A DNA stretch of 64,000 nt from Mobula hypostoma. Taxonomy: Eukaryota. Positions 11,984 to 22,999 of this stretch are shown in pieces (the stretch's first letter is position 1; every line of letters begins with the position of its first letter). The notes under the pieces were generated by a model that searched no databases, was not told the origin of the DNA, and saw only the letters and a list, made by a program, of their open reading frames with translations. The DNA is taken from contig NC_086097.1 of the NCBI RefSeq assembly GCF_963921235.1, forward strand, positions 140,988,001 to 141,052,000, given 5' to 3'. Position numbers and translations under genes: made by a program.

Positions 11984-12367
11984 ATGGGAGCAGGGAGAGC
12001 GGCGCTGCCGGTGTTCCTGGCATGCTTCTGTGAGTACTTCCGGTTTGGCTCATTTTAAGGTTCATGTTCTCTCTGAGCCCCAAAGTAACAGTGATCTTCA
12101 TTAAACAGGTAGCTGCCTTTCCCAGTCTGTGCTCCAGTCCAAGATATCCATCACCAGAGAGGTAGGCAGGATGGCTCGCTTTCGCTGCAGCATTAATGTC
12201 GGGAGCCTCGACATCCTGTATGTCCAAGCCAACACAGGAATAATTCAGGACGAGGGATCAGACAGATTCGTCGCCGAAAATTTGGTACAGGAAAAGGCAA
12301 GTTTGATGAGTATAAGAGACATTGAGAAGGTAGACGCCGGGGTTTACTACTGTGCGGTCTGGAACAG
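11984..12367 (+). pseudogene. TRGV: TCR gamma-type V segment #2 with an in-frame internal deletion (leader exon 11984-12029, intron 12030-12108, V exon 12109-12367); ORF or pseudogene
   Basis: Spliced product is MGAGRAALPVFLACFC-SCLSQSVLQSKISITREVGRMARFRC-SINVGSLD^ILYVQ...DAGVYYCAVWNS. Donor GTGAGT and acceptor 'ttaaacag' are good. Only 54 residues lie between the two Cys (71-72 in V#1 and V#3), and the conserved Trp is absent. Confidence 0.82.
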
Positions 12368-12406
12368 CACAGCGAAGCGGCACCAGAGGAGCCCAGAACA
12401 AATACC
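12368..12406 (+). other. 23-spacer RSS of V#2
   Basis: Heptamer CACAGCG (12368-12374), 23-nt spacer, nonamer ACAAATACC (12398-12406). Confidence 0.88.
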
Positions 12407-13919
12407 CTGCGCCCAGGCGAGAGTGACTCTAGCACGAGTTAGATTAAAGGGGCAGACCCGCTTCTTCCTGCAGAGGCTCAATGTCGCCTAGGCACGTGAT
12501 CAGTGCTGTGGCTACTGGATCTGGGCGCAGCGAGACTGAGGGTGTCCGGAGACACAGAAAGTGCAGAATCTAGTATCTGGAACCACAAACTATCTGCAAG
12601 ACGAACTCAGCAGGTCGAGCAGCATTTGTGGCCGAAATGAACTGGGTCGAGACTCTGCCTCAAGACTTATTCCCCCTCCCTCTGCTCAACCCGCTCAGTT
12701 CCTCCAGCAGATTTTCTTTGGTCCTGGGAGAAACACTGAGAAGTACTTGGCTACGGACACCTGCTTGGTGCTTGCGATATTCCGCACTTTCTTTCAAAAA
12801 TCTCTCTACAACTCGCTTTCAATTGTTGCAAAAGCATCAGAAATCTCTACACCAAGGATGCCCCTCATAGAGAGTAAAGTCATTGACTAAAACTATGGGA
12901 GAAAATCTATCGCAGCACCTCACCTACATATAGATTGCACAAGACGGGGTGAAGTTCCTTGATCCGCTTTGAGAACAGGTCCCATAGAATTGTGTCGGAT
13001 GTCAGTTAGCAGGTCAGACAGCACCACTGGAGCAAGATGCAACTGGGAAAAAGAAATAATAAACGAGTCCGTTTGAAGTTGCAGCTGGTGGGCAGGGATA
13101 AAGGAGTATCTCCAGGGATGAGATCGAGGTTACCATGGTGATGAAATTATCTCGTCACACGTCGCACCAGCACCAGTTGTAAGACAGGATTTCCTACACC
13201 TCCAATGTGCCCTGCGCTGTTTTTGTTTGTGATCTGTCTCACGAATCTCCATCTTTAACTTTTAATCCAAATATGCTTGTCAACACTTGTGGCTGTGGCA
13301 AACCCCTGCCCCATCTTATGACATGAGGGAATAGTTTGTTATACAGCATGCGGTTGCATCCAGAACATAAACCCTGTGGATGTGGCGAAAGCAGCTTCCA
13401 CCCTGGCGTCGACAAAGGACGGGATAAATAAATGAAGGGGAAAATCTATTATATATATATAAGGGGAGGAGATATAATTCGCTAAATGCTCTGGTGGATA
13501 ATTAGCAAAGACGCTATAAGCTGAATGATACACACCCATCCCCCTACCCCCATAATTATTCTATAATACTAACAGAGATCTTTCCTTTGCTTGATCTAGC
13601 TAGTCCTCAAACTCGCAGAAAATTCAACTTGCTTTCTCACTTTCGCATTGAAGGATATTTAACCTGAAACATTAACTGTTTCTCATTCCATTGATGCCAC
13701 ATGAGCTGCTGAGAGGATTCTTGCATTTTCTGTTTTCATTTCATCACCATCTGAGTTTTTAACATTGTTTTAATGTTCAAGATCATCACTCGTTTGATTA
13801 AGTGGGTAATAATCAGGCCATAAGTTTAATATTTAGGTAAATAAAACAGAAGTGAGGAGTCAGGTTTTTTAAAAAAGTCCTTACAAACAGGGCAGTTATG
13901 ATCTGGGACCCGCTGCAGG

Positions 13920-14358
13920 TGTAGAACATAGGACAGCACAGCACAATAACTGACCCTTCAGCCCGTCTGCCTAGATACTGCCTGTCCCCTGCTTGTTAAT
14001 ATACCTGTTTAAATAGCTTTTAGACATTGCTATGATACCTACTTCCACTCCACCCCAGCCATCCGAGGCAGCGTTTTCAAGGCTTACCACTTTCTTAGAT
14101 TTTCTAGATTTCCATTAAACTGCCTCAAATTTTAAAGCAATGCTTTTTAGTATTTGATATTTCCACCCTAGGTAAAAGATTCTGACACTCTATCCACGCC
14201 TCTCATAATTCATTTGTCTACCCTCAGCCTCTGACCACCAGACAAAACACTCCAAGTTTGTCCAGCCTCTCCTGATAGCTGACACTCTGTACGCCAAGGA
14301 ACAGCTGGATAATTTTGTTCGGTACCCTTTCCAAAGCCCACACACCCTTCCTGTATCA
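13920..14358 (-). mobile_element. Older CR1 3' fragment, interrupted by the younger CR1
   Basis: Tail 'gtagaacataggacagcacagcac' and degenerate 3' RT sequence. It appears to resume at ~17122 ('atgtggcctaaccaaatt'). Confidence 0.55.
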
Positions 14359-17122
14359 CATAGAAACATAGAAACATGGAAAATAGGTGCAGGAGTAGGC
14401 CATTCGGCCCTTCGAGCCTGCACCGCCATTCAGTATGATCATGGCTGATCATCCAACTCAGAACCCTGTACCAGCCTTCCCTCCATACCCCCTGATCCCT
14501 TCAGCCACAAGGGCCATATCTAACTCCCTCTTATATATAGCCAATGAACTGGCCTCAACTGTTTCCTGTGGCAGAGAATTTCACAGATTCACCACTCTCT
14601 GTGTGAAGAAGTTTTTCCTAATCTCGGTCCTAAAAGGCTTCCCCTTTATCCTCAAACTGTGACCCCTCGTTCTGGACTTCCCCAACATCGGGAACAATCT
14701 TCCTGCATCTAGCCTGTCCAATCCGTTTTGGATTTTATACTTTCAATCAGATCCCCCATCCATCTTCTAAATTCCAACGAGTATAAGCCTAGTTCCTCCA
14801 GTCTTTCATCATATGCAAGTCCTGCCATCCCAGGAATCAATCTGGTGAACCTTCTTTGTACTCCCTCTATGGCAAGGATGTCTTTCCTCAGATTAGGGGA
14901 CCAAAACTGCACACAATACTCCAGGTGTGGTCTCACCAAGGCCTTGTACAACTGCAGTAGTACCTCCTTGCTCCTGTACTCGAATCCTCTTGCTATAAAT
15001 GCTAGCATACCATTCGCCTTTTTCACCGCCTGCTGTACCTGCATGCCCACTTTCAATGACTGGTGTATAATGACACCCAGGTCTCGTTGGACCTCCCCTT
15101 TTCCTAATCGGCCACTATTCAGATAATAATCTGTTTTCCTGTTTTTGCCACCAAAGTGGATAACTTCACATTTATCCACATTAAATGGCATCTGCCATGA
15201 ATTTGCCCACTCACCTAACCTATCCAAGTCACCCTGCATCCTCTTAGCATCCTCCTCACAGCGAACACTGCCGCCCAGCTTCGTGTCATCCGAAAACTTG
15301 GAGATGCTGCATTTAATTCCCTCATCCAAATTATTAATATATATTGTAAACAACTGGGGTCCCAGCACTGAGCCTTGCGGTACCCTACTAGTCACTGCCT
15401 GCCATTCTGAAAAGGTCCCGTTTATTCCCACTCTTTGCTTCCTGTCTGCCAACCAATTCTCTATCCACATCAATACCTTACCCCCAATACCGTGTGTTTT
15501 AAGTTTGCACACTAATCTCCTGTGTGGGACCTTGTTAAAAGCCTTTTGAAAATCCAAATATACCACATCCACTGGTTCTCCCCTAACCACTTTACTAGTT
15601 ACATCCTCAAAAAACTCTATGAGATTTGTCAGACATGATTTTCCTTTCACAAATCTATGCTGACTTTGTCCGATGATTTCACCGCTTTCCAAATGTGCTG
15701 TTATCACATCTTTGATAACTGACTCTAACAGTTTCCCCACCACCGATGTTAGGCTAACCGGCCTATAATTCCCTGTTTTCTCTCTCCCTCCTTTTTTAAA
15801 AAGTGGGGTTACATTAGCCACCCTCCAATCCTCAGGAACGAGTCCAGAATCTAAAGAGTTTTGAAAAATTATCACCAATGCATCCATTATTTCATAGGCT
15901 ACTTCCTTAAGCACTCTGGGATGCAGACCATCTGGCCCTGGGGATTTATCCGCCTTTAATCCCTTCAATTTACCTAACACCACTTCCCTACTAACATGTA
16001 TTTCGCTCAGTTCCTCCATCTCACTGGACCCTCTGTCCCCTACTATTTCCGGATGATTATTTATGTCCTCCTTAGTGAAGGGAGAACTAAAGTAATAATT
16101 CAATTGGTCTGCCACGTCCTTGCTCCCCATAATCAATTCACCTGTTTCTGTCTGTAGGGGACCTACATTTGTCTTAACCAATCTTTTTCTTTTCACATAT
16201 CTATAAAAGCTTTTACAGTCAGTTTTTATGTTCCCTGCCAGTTTTCTCTCATAATCTTTCTTCCCCTTCCTAATTACGCCCTTTGTCCTCCTCTGCTGAA
16301 CTCTGAGTTTCTCCCAGTCCTCAGGTCAGCCACTTTTTCTGGCTAATTTGTATGCTTCTTCTTTGGAATTGATACTATCCCTAATTTCCCTTGTCAGCCA
16401 CGGGTGCACTACCTTCCTTGATTTATTCTTTTGCCAAACTGGGATGAACAATTGTTGGAGTTCATCCATGCGATCTTTAAATGCTTGCCATTGCATAACC
16501 ACCTTCAACCCTTTAAGTGTCATTTGCCAGTCTATCTTAGCTAATTCACGTCTCATACCTTCAAAGTTACCCTTCTTTAAGTTCAGAACCTTTGTTTCTG
16601 AATTAACTATGTCACTCTCCATCTTAATGAAGAATTCCACCATATTATGGTCACTCTTACACAAGGGGCCTTTCACGATAAGATTGCTAATTAACCCTTC
16701 CTCGTTGCTCAATACCCAGTCTAGAATAGCCTGCTCGCTAGTTGATTCCTCGACATGTTGGTTCAAAAAACCATCCCGCATACATTCCTAGAAATCCTCT
16801 TCCTCAGCACCCTTACCAATTTGGTTCACCCAATCTACATGTAGATTGAAGTCACCCATTATAACTGCTGTTCCTTTATTGCACACATTTCTAATTCCTG
16901 TTTAATACCATCCCCAACCTCAGTACTACTGTTAGGTGGCCTGTACACAACTCCCACCAGCGTTTTCTGCCCCTTAGTGTTATGCAGCTCTACCCATATC
17001 GATTCCACATCCTCCCGGCTTATGTCCTTCCTTTCTATTGCGTTAATCTCCTCTCTAACCAGCAACGCCACCCCACCTCCTTTTCTTTCATGTCTATCCC
17101 TCCTGAATATTGAATATCCCTG
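14359..17122 (-). mobile_element. Young CR1 LINE with most of ORF2 (APE endonuclease part plus RT)
   Basis: 495-aa ORF 14709-16196 carries KSPGPDG, NYRPVSLTS, DFQKAF, QGSVLGP and FSDDTK. Endonuclease pieces lie at 16326-17170. (TTTCTATG)n tail at ~14359-14385. Confidence 0.95.
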
Positions 17123-17305
17123 AATGTGGCCTAACCAAATTTTAATAAAAAAATTTAATATGACTTCCAAAATTTATAGTCAATCCCTTAACCAATAAAT
17201 GCAAGTACGCTATAATTACAAGTTCTTTCCTCTTTTAAACAGGAACTGGAGCTGCACAATCAGCATGGCTTGATGGACTGAAAGGCCTCCAATATTGTAA
17301 TCAAT

Positions 17306-18445
17306 ACATAGAACATAGAACATAGAATCTACACCACATTGCAGGCCCTTCGGCCCACTATGTTGTGCCGACCACGTTACCTAGTCTAGAAACTGCCTGG
17401 AATTTCCCTGGTCCATAGCCCTCTATTTTTCTAAGCTCCATGTACCTATCTAAGAGGCTCTTAAAAGGCCCTATTGAAATCGCTGCCGCCACCGTCGCTG
17501 GCACTACTCTCTGTGTCAAAACCTTACCCCTGACATCTCCTCTGTACCTACTTCCAAGCACCTTAAAACGACGTCCCCTCGTGGTAGGCATTCCAGCCCT
17601 ATGAAAAAGCCTCTGGCTATCCACATGATCAATGCCCCTCATCATCTTATACACCTTTATCAGGTCACCTCTCATCCTCCGTCGTTCCAAGGAGAAAAAG
17701 CCAAGTTCACTCAACGTATTCTCATTAGGTACGCCCTCCAATCCAGGCAACAGCCTTGTAAATTTCCTCTGCACTCTGTCTATGGTATCGACATCCTTCC
17801 TGTAGTGAGGTGACCAGAACTGAACACAGTACTTCAAGTGGAGTCTGACCTAGGTCTTATATAGGTGTAACATTACCTCACAGCTCATGAACTCAGTCTC
17901 ACGGTTGATGAATGCCAACACACCATACGCATTCTTAATAACATTGTCAACCTGCGCAGCAGCTTTGAGTGTCCCATGGACACGGACCCCAAGATATCTC
18001 AGATCCTCCACACTGCCAAGACTCTTACCATTAATATGATATTCTGTCTTCAAATTCGACCTACCAAAATGAGCCACTTCACACTTACCTGGATTGAAGC
18101 CCATCTGCCATTCCAGCCCAGTTCTGCATCGTGTCGATGTCCTGCTGTAACCTCTGACAACACTCCAGACTATACACAACACCCCAACCTTTGTATCATC
18201 AGCAAACTTACTAACCCACCCTTCTACTTCTTTATCCGAGTCATTTGCAAAAATCAGAAAGAGGAGGGGGTCCCAGAACAGATCCCCGTGGAACACCACT
18301 GGTCACCGACCTCCATGCATAATACTAACCATCTGCAACCACACTTTGCCTTCTGTAGGCAAGCCAATTCTGGATCCACAAAGCAAGGTCTCCTTGGATC
18401 CCATGCCTACTTTCTTTCTGACGAGGCCCTGCCTGGGGAACCTTA
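17306..18445 (-). mobile_element. CR1 LINE RT 3' portion
   Basis: ORFs containing SKFADDTK and YCVQFWSPHYRKD; tail 'acatagaacatagaacatagaa' at ~17306. Confidence 0.9.
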
Positions 18446-19225
18446 TCAAATCCCTTAAGGCACGACCTGCCTTAAGAAGTAATAAGTTCTTATACACAGG
18501 AGGAGCGTTTTCAACCCTTTGAGTCCATGCTGGCTCCCAACAGAACAATCTCATCAGTCTCATTTCCTTTCCTTATTTACCTGTAAGTCAACAACTTATT
18601 CTCTCTCTCATTCCCATCAATCCTTGGAATACTTTGGTATTTACCTACTCTGAAGGATAATTTACAGTGGCCACCTAACTGACTGGCCTGATCCAATGTA
18701 TGCAGACCTGGTAACATCGGCTGGAAGAGATTAAATTGAAAGCAATGGTGTTGTTGTTGATCTTGTTGTTGCTGCTTGTGTTCTACTGAAACTGCTAGGC
18801 ATGCAATGTTAGCTCAGGAATCTGTGCCTACACTTATGGGCTGCCCCCAGCGCATCCTTAACTTTTGTTGATGGTTAATGCAAACAACAGGTTTCACTGT
18901 ATGTTTTGTTGCAGATGTGATAAATAAATGAATCTGAATTTGAATGCTTCCTCCAGCAGAAACACTGATTGTTCAAATGGCAGATATACTCAAAACAGGT
19001 TCACTACAGGCATGATTAGACTCTGAAAAACCTAAATAATACCCACTAAAATAGCCATATGCCTACATGGCATTAACATTATCACCTGGTTGTTGGGAAG
19101 TACTCAGTACTTGAGTAAATTTCCCTCTAATATAGCATTAAAAATAGAGATTGATTTTGGAAGAATCATGGCCAGAAGTCTGAAAAAAACATATTGGTCT
19201 TTAGTTCACTTGCTGCTGGATATTA

Positions 19226-20801
19226 CAGTGGCATGCAAATGTTTGAGCACCCCGGTCAAAATTTCTGTTACTGTGAATAACTAAGCGAGTAAAAGATAGC
19301 ACATTTCTTTAATATTTTAAGCAAGATTACTTTTTTATTTCCATCTTTTACAGTTTCAAAATAACAAAAAAGGAGAAGTGCCCGAAGCAAAAGTTTGGGC
19401 ACCCTGCATGGTCAGTACTTAGTAACACCCCCTTTGGCAAGTATCACCGCTTGAAAACGCTTTCTGTAGCCAGCTAAGAGTCTTTCAGTTCTTTTTTGGG
19501 GGATTTTCGCCCAATATTCCTTGGAAAAGGCTTCTAGTTCTGTGAGATTCTTGAGCCGTCTTGCATGCACTGCTCTTTTGAGATCTATCCAGATTTTCGA
19601 TGATGTTTAGGTCGGAGGACTGTGAGTGCCATGGCAAAACCTTCAGCTTGCGCCTCTTGAGGTAGTATATTCTGGATATTGAGTGGTGTTTAGGATCATT
19701 ATCCTGTTGTAGAAGCTATCCTCTTTTCATATTCGGCTTTTTTATGGACGGTGTGATGTTTGCTTCCAGAATTTGCTGGTATTTAATTGAATACATTCTT
19801 CCCTCTACCAGTGAAATGTTCCCCGTGTCACTGGCTGCAACACAAGTCCAAAGCATCATCAATCCTCCCCTGTGCTTAACAGTTGGAGAGGTGTTCTTTT
19901 CATGAAATTCTGCACCCTTTTCCTCCAAACGTACCTTTGCTCATTGCGGCCAAAAAGTTCTATTTCAACTTCATCAGTCCACAGGACTTGTTTCCAAAAT
20001 GCATCAGGCTTATCTAGTTGTTCCTTTGCAAACTTCTGACGCTGAATTTTGTGGTGAGGACTCAGGAAAGGTTTTCTTCTGATGACTCTTCCTTGAAGGT
20101 CATATTTGTGCAGGTGTCGCTGCACAGTAGAACAGTGCACCACCACTCCAGAGTCTGCTAAATCTTACTGTAGGTCTTTTGCAGTTGAACAGGGGTTTTG
20201 ATTTGCCTTTCTAGCAATCCTGCGAGCAGTTCTCTCGGAAAGTGTTCTTGTTCTTCCAGACCTCAACTTGACTTCCACCGTTCCTGTTAACTGCCATTTC
20301 TTAATTACATTACGAACTGAGGAAACGGCTAGCTGAAAACGCTTTGCTGTCTTCTTATAGCCTTCACCTGCTTTGTGGGCATCATTTATATTAATGTTCA
20401 GAGTGCTAGGCAGCTGTTCAGAGGCCCCATGGCTGCTGATTGTTGGGACGATGTTTGAGGAGTCAGGGTATTTATAAAGCTTTGAAATTTTCATCACCTG
20501 GCCTTTTCTAACGATGACTGTGAACAAGTCATAGCCCTAATTAAGGTCTGAAACCGTGGTAAAATTTATCGGAGAGCTCAAAACTCTTGGGGTGCTGAAG
20601 CGATGGCATGGTGCTCCTTTACTTTCTTCACTCTAAAATTGTACCAACCAAAAATAATACACTAATCTTGCTTAAGATGTTGAAAGGAATGTTTCATCTT
20701 TAACTTTATGACTTTTGAAGATCATTTCATCTTCTACTCACTTAAATATTCAAAGTAACAGAAATTTTGACCAGGTGTGCCCAAACCTTTGCATGCCACT
20801 G
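19226..20801 (-). mobile_element. Tc1/mariner DNA transposon, IR-DR type, full length (1576 bp), with a frameshifted transposase
   Basis: TA on both sides. TIRs begin CAGTGGCATGCAAA.GTTTG and extend well over 100 nt. An inner direct repeat 'gcaaaagtttgggcaccc' lies at 19387-19404. Transposase is split over 3 frames (HKAGEGYKK, WTDE, QQDNDPKH, DLNIIENLW). Confidence 0.93.
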
Positions 20802-20959
20802 TATAATCTTTTGGAAAAAAGCATGTTATTTATGTTAGTCTGAATCGAAGCAACAATGTTTTAGGAAGGATGCTGACATGCCAATACAAGAGCGTTATCT
20901 CAGTCAGCGACAAAACGTGCAGAAATTGAGAAAAATTGAGGACCAAGGATTGACTTTAT

Positions 20960-21840
20960 TACCGTATACGTTTATACATTTACACGTATCATAAATTTGC
21001 TGTGGTATCTTGGTCAGGGTACAACATGCAATAGAAAACAACTAGATTTAATCATTATAAAAATAAAGTTAGCGGTAAAGGACGGGTACAAGATAAACTG
21101 TGCACAAATACATAGTGTACATAGCAATATTCATCTACAATACAAACAGTATTGTAAAAAGTGGTTTAAAGTGTCTACAGTGCAGAGCAGTGACCGGCTA
21201 AGTACAATAATTGATCAGATTAACAGTCTAGGGGAAGACACCTTTCAAATGATGCGAAGTCTTTGTTTTAATAGCCCCATAGTGCAATCCAGCAATGAGC
21301 TTCTGGAAGGAACCATTAGCAAATCTGTTTGTCGGTGGAGGGTTTGAATACTTTCTGTTTTGGACAGGACATGGTGAATATAGAAGTCCCTGATCAGCTG
21401 TGCGATGGTGATGCTATCAAACTAATCAATACCGTGTCCACTGTATCCAGTAGGCTTCAGGGATGATGCTGAGATGACCAAAGTTTATATTTTAAAAGTG
21501 ATGTTGTGAACAGAAGAAACATCTTGCCTTAGCAGATGCTGTCCACATAAATGATCTGCCTGGTGTCAGCATCTGGACTTTTACACATGAGCAGAACTCA
21601 ACGTTTCAAGAACAGCTTCTTACCCTCCGGCATCAGATTTCTGAATGGATAATCAACCCATGAACACTGTCTCAGTATTTTCCCCTCTCTTTTTGCACTA
21701 CTTATGTCACTTAGGGAGTCTTTTATATATACTCCTTATTGTAATTGATAGTTTTTATTATTACGTATTTTAATATACACCTGCCGCAAAACAACAGATT
21801 TCTTGACATATGCCAATGATATTAAACCCGAATCTAATTC
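20960..21840. mobile_element. Two Rex1/Babar-like LINE 3' fragments in opposite orientation
   Basis: 'ttcaagaacagcttcttaccctccggcatcagatttctgaatgg' 3' motif, also seen at ~28750. Family assigned from memory. Confidence 0.4.
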
Positions 21841-22019
21841 TAATTACAGTATACCTAATATCGATGCTGAGAATCAAAGCTCAAGGGTCGAATCAGAAGC
21901 CTTGTCAAGGCCCGTTAGTTGGAGCCCTGAGTCTGTAAATCTGATATTAGATATAATTAAGTTGATATGTGAAAGCATATTGTTTTCCATGTAAAGAGTT
22001 TTTACTTCGGAATGTCATC

Positions 22020-22365
22020 AAGTGACCGCTTTGTCTCCCCTTTACTTATTCTCCTATCCTCACCTATCTATCACCTTCCCTTGGTGCCCCTTCTTCTTCC
22101 ATCTCTCCTTCTTCCCTGTTTCCTTCCTTTTTCTCCAGCCCTTTAACCTTTCCCACCCACCTGCTTTCACCCATTACCTTCTTGCAATCCTCCTTCCACC
22201 CCTCTCCCCACCTTTAAATTCTGGCGATGTCGCCCTTCCTTTCCATTTCTGGCGAAGAGTGTCCACTGGAAATATCCACTGTTATTCATTTCCAAATGTA
22301 CTGCCTGACCTGCCGAGTACCTCCAGCATTTTCCGTGTGTTGATTTAGATTTTCAGCATCCGCAA
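22020..22365 (+). mobile_element. Penelope-derived pyrimidine-rich tail repeat
   Basis: CT-rich tract followed by 'ctgcctgacctgccgagtacctccagcattt'; reverse-complement counterpart of the tail near 6950-7200. Confidence 0.5.
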
Positions 22366-22999
22366 AATTTTTCATTTCATAGAGGTGCTTACTAAGATAA
22401 AAGATGGCGACACACATTGGTGGAAGTCAGGATGGTAGGAGCATTGGGCGGGGTTAATATTTATTGGTAGAATGTGCTGGAAAGGCGGGGAATGCTGGAA
22501 GTGGATAAGACACCTGGTACAGATGGCTTTTATCCAGGATTTCTGAGGAAACTGGAGTCAGACAATACAGTGATTTGCCGTCATATTCCATTTCCCCAGG
22601 TAAAGAAGAAAGTGACACCTTTGTTTAGGAAAAAGAGGATGCATTTTCCTAGAGACTATTGACCAATCAGTCTGATAGCAGCATCGGTAAAAGTTAGAAA
22701 CAAAGTTAAAGAAGAAAATCAACAGGCACTTGTGGAGGATAACGCAGGTGAGCGATCATGGACTTGTAAGATGCAAAATGGATTGAATTAATATAATTGA
22801 TTATTTCATTAAGTAACAGAGAAGCTGGTGCAAGTTAAATTAACCATGTTTCTATGTACTAATACAATCTAACCAACTGAATTGTTTTCACAAATTTGAA
22901 CAGAAGCCAATCAGCGTGAGAAGACAAAGCTCACTCCCGATTGAGTACATAAGGCATCTATTCGTGCGAGTTTGGTTTTTGAACAGTCAGTGATCGAGA

